Below, one piece after another: positions 61,659-64,000 of a DNA stretch of 64,000 bases; positions within the stretch are counted from its first letter, which is position 1, and each line of letters opens with the position of its first letter. This DNA is from Hamiltosporidium tvaerminnensis FI-OER-3-3 (Eukaryota; Fungi; Microsporidia): NCBI GenBank assembly GCA_022605425.2, contig JAKIMF020000001.1, positions 2,542,001 through 2,606,000 on the forward strand, in the 5' to 3' direction. The notes under the pieces were generated by a model. It saw nothing but the letters and a program-made list of their open reading frames with translations. It was not told the DNA's origin and ran no database searches. Made by a program: the position numbers and the translations under genes.

Positions 61659-62897
61659 ATGATTAATATAAGAAATATTTTTTATCATCTTCATCATTGG
61701 TACGTAAAATTTACATATATTTCGCTGTTTATTTATCTAAATACAGCACAAATCCAATTAAACAATTTGAATAGTGAAAATTTCGAATATGGGAATGATT
61801 CTTCAGAAAATTTTAAAATTGAAATTACAGAAAATTCTGATGAAGAAATATCAGAAGATCAAATAAATATTTTTTTTGAATTGATTTTTAATCAAAGAGA
61901 ATGTATACTTTTTAGGTATACGAACCTAAGCAGTGGTTTTAACACAGTATTTTATGGGTCTGAACCAGATATAATTTTTATACCAAAGGAAACAGAGGAA
62001 GAACAAAGTACCTTAGATTCAAGAATTAGAAATCAAAATAATTATTCTTGGGATTTTATTAGAACTGTAAAAGAATTTATACAAATAATATCAACAAACT
62101 TGAGCGATATTAATAGGTTATGGGAAGTATTAGATATTTACGATTCTTCCCTAAATGAACATCTTCAAGCAATTTTAATGGGTATGACATGTTTTGATTT
62201 ACAAACCATCGATAAAATTCTTGCAAAATTCATCAATATTCATTATATGAGCAGCAATCTTTATAATTATTTAAAAGAATTGCAATTTTTATTGGAATCA
62301 ACGAGCTCTAATGTTTTAAACGCATTGAATAGTTTTACTTACCCAGAATCCGAAATAAAAAATTCTTTTCATTGTTTATGTGAAAAAATTAGTGAAGTAC
62401 AAAAAAATTGTGATTTAGTCGACCGAAAAAAAATATTATTTATAAGTACATTTCACTACGCGAATAGGGATGAAATGATTTACGACAGTGAAATTCAGTT
62501 TTGGAAATATAAATTTATTCAGGAGCGTGACAGATATAATGCATACATCAATAACACCACAACTACTAATACTTTATCCAATCCAGAAGAAAATATCTTT
62601 ATATATAAAAATAGCTCGGTTGATTTCGAAAACTCATTAAATAGTATTTTAAATGAGCTAAAAATATGTTCCGCTGCGTATTTACAATTGCTCAATATAA
62701 TTAAAACCATTCATGATAATAAAAATTACCCAGAAAATCTTAGTACCGAGGTTAGTAATAGTTATGAAAACCAAATAAAAAGGCTAAATCATATCCTGGA
62801 ATCCACAATAAATGATTTACAATACTATTTAATATCTTTTGTATTTTCTCGTTTCGAACAAATTAATCTATTTCATGTTTCTTTTTTTTTCAAATAG
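61659..62897 (+). CDS. hypothetical protein, N-terminal hydrophobic segment
   Basis: Long ORF; ATG 61659 follows CCCT and is preferred to the TTG start at 61596. Confidence 0.7.
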   Translation: MINIRNIFYHLHHWYVKFTYISLFIYLNTAQIQLNNLNSENFEYGNDSSENFKIEITENSDEEISEDQINIFFELIFNQRECILFRYTNLSSGFNTVFYGSEPDIIFIPKETEEEQSTLDSRIRNQNNYSWDFIRTVKEFIQIISTNLSDINRLWEVLDIYDSSLNEHLQAILMGMTCFDLQTIDKILAKFINIHYMSSNLYNYLKELQFLLESTSSNVLNALNSFTYPESEIKNSFHCLCEKISEVQKNCDLVDRKKILFISTFHYANRDEMIYDSEIQFWKYKFIQERDRYNAYINNTTTTNTLSNPEENIFIYKNSSVDFENSLNSILNELKICSAAYLQLLNIIKTIHDNKNYPENLSTEVSNSYENQIKRLNHILESTINDLQYYLISFVFSRFEQINLFHVSFFFK

Positions 62898-63423
62898 ATT
62901 GTAGCTTATTTAATTTGAATTTATTTTTTTTATCGTAAAATGTAGATATGAGTGTCGTTTTTCATACTTAAATTTTCTTTTCTTATTTTAATCTCCTTAG
63001 ATTTATTTTTTCTTTTGTATTTTAACAGATGAAGTTGGTATACCTCAATCGCCTGTACCATATATTTAATATTTTAGGCGGTTTCTTCTTGTATTTTCAA
63101 ACTAGGAGTATTGTATGGAAAATTATAAAATTTTGTTTCTTTATTCTTTCTATAACATTTCGGCGAATAATTTCGATCTTTTATTAAGCTTTTTTGAACA
63201 ATAAAATAAATTTTATTATATTTAGACTAGAATCATATATATTTAAATTTCTATCCCATCTGATAAAACAGCAGGTCTAAGACTTGGTTATAACCGGTTA
63301 TAACATATCCATATCAAACACACAGCAAATTATTTAAATAGATATTGTTAATAAGATTGTTGTCTCATACGATTAAATATCATATCGTTTAATATGATTA
63401 AATCACTTTATGATTGTAATTAT

Positions 63424-63647
63424 GTAGAGGGAGGATAACCACATTAAAAACTCACGGATTGGTAATGAATATTACACTTCTAATTGAAATAATTGACGCC
63501 ATTGTGGTGGAGTATAAACCACACCTGATCTATAGACCAATACCCAATAATCCCGAGTCACAACTGATTAAAAGAAACAGATGGAAAAAATTCATTTGTT
63601 CATTCTCGACACTGAGAGGTAAAAGAGGAATAGAATAAGTAAGTAAG
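63424..63647 (+). mobile_element. short-form element: shared head plus RTE-type tail ending (TAAG)3, with 13-bp TSD
   Basis: Starts GTAGAGGGAGGATAACCACA like 27788; ends GAGAGGTAAAAGAGGAATAGAATAAGTAAGTAAG; TSD TATGATTGTAATT (63409-63421) / TATGATTGAAATT (63648-63660). Confidence 0.88.
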
Positions 63648-64000
63648 TATGATTGAAATTCCCCATTGATTTCAAATTAACTATTAAGCATCTCGTAAAG
63701 TTATTTAATGCTGAACTATTTTCCATCATTTATTTTTTGTACAAATCTTCTGTTATATTCATATTCCTATATGTTTGACATTGTTTCTACACCCTTATTA
63801 GATGCATCATTTCCTTACCATTTTTATACAATTAAGTCTTTCTTACAAAAATAAATAAACATGCGTCTTGATAGAAAAAAATCGAAATGAATATCATCAG
63901 AGAAAGAAAATAAGAACTTCACATTTTGAGAAAAAAACTCGGCAATATTCTTTAGTAAAGAAAGAGGTATCATAAAAAGTTACTGTACAAAATATATATA

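Noticed and set aside
1001-62710. Short antisense or overlapping ORFs (e.g. 1001, 4055, 11642, 24725, 27137, 43364, 49293, 62519)
   Set aside because: Shadow frames of real genes or LINEs; no motifs, often non-ATG starts
1-64000. tRNA or rRNA genes
   Set aside because: No cloverleaf with a GTTCRA T-loop and no rRNA-conserved blocks seen by eye; tRNAscan-SE would be decisive

Overview
This is an AT-rich, gene-sparse eukaryotic window. Short intronless genes with CCC/GGG motifs just before the ATG point to a large-genome microsporidian (inference; Hamiltosporidium-like). Recognisable genes: NSE4, tubulin cofactor C, a CTK1/CDK9-like kinase, RPL6, TFIIIC tau95, Mak10/NAA35, a Ulp1 SUMO protease, a PH-like protein, OXR1/TLDc, an MFS transporter, a PLK4-like kinase and two SFP1-like zinc-finger genes, plus several hypothetical secreted or membrane proteins. 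Intergenic DNA carries many non-LTR retroelement relics: an RLE-type (R4/Dong-like) LINE and RTE-clade 3' fragments and tails. The most notable signal is a family of non-coding retroposed elements. A ~725-nt long form (5 copies) contains many hairpins, a C(UUCG)G tetraloop and a predicted pseudoknot. A ~220-nt short form (2 copies) shares the same ~110-nt head but ends in an RTE-type tail. The best long copy and both short copies have 13-14 bp target-site duplications. A 5-unit tandem array is built from an RTE 3' terminus plus its TSD.
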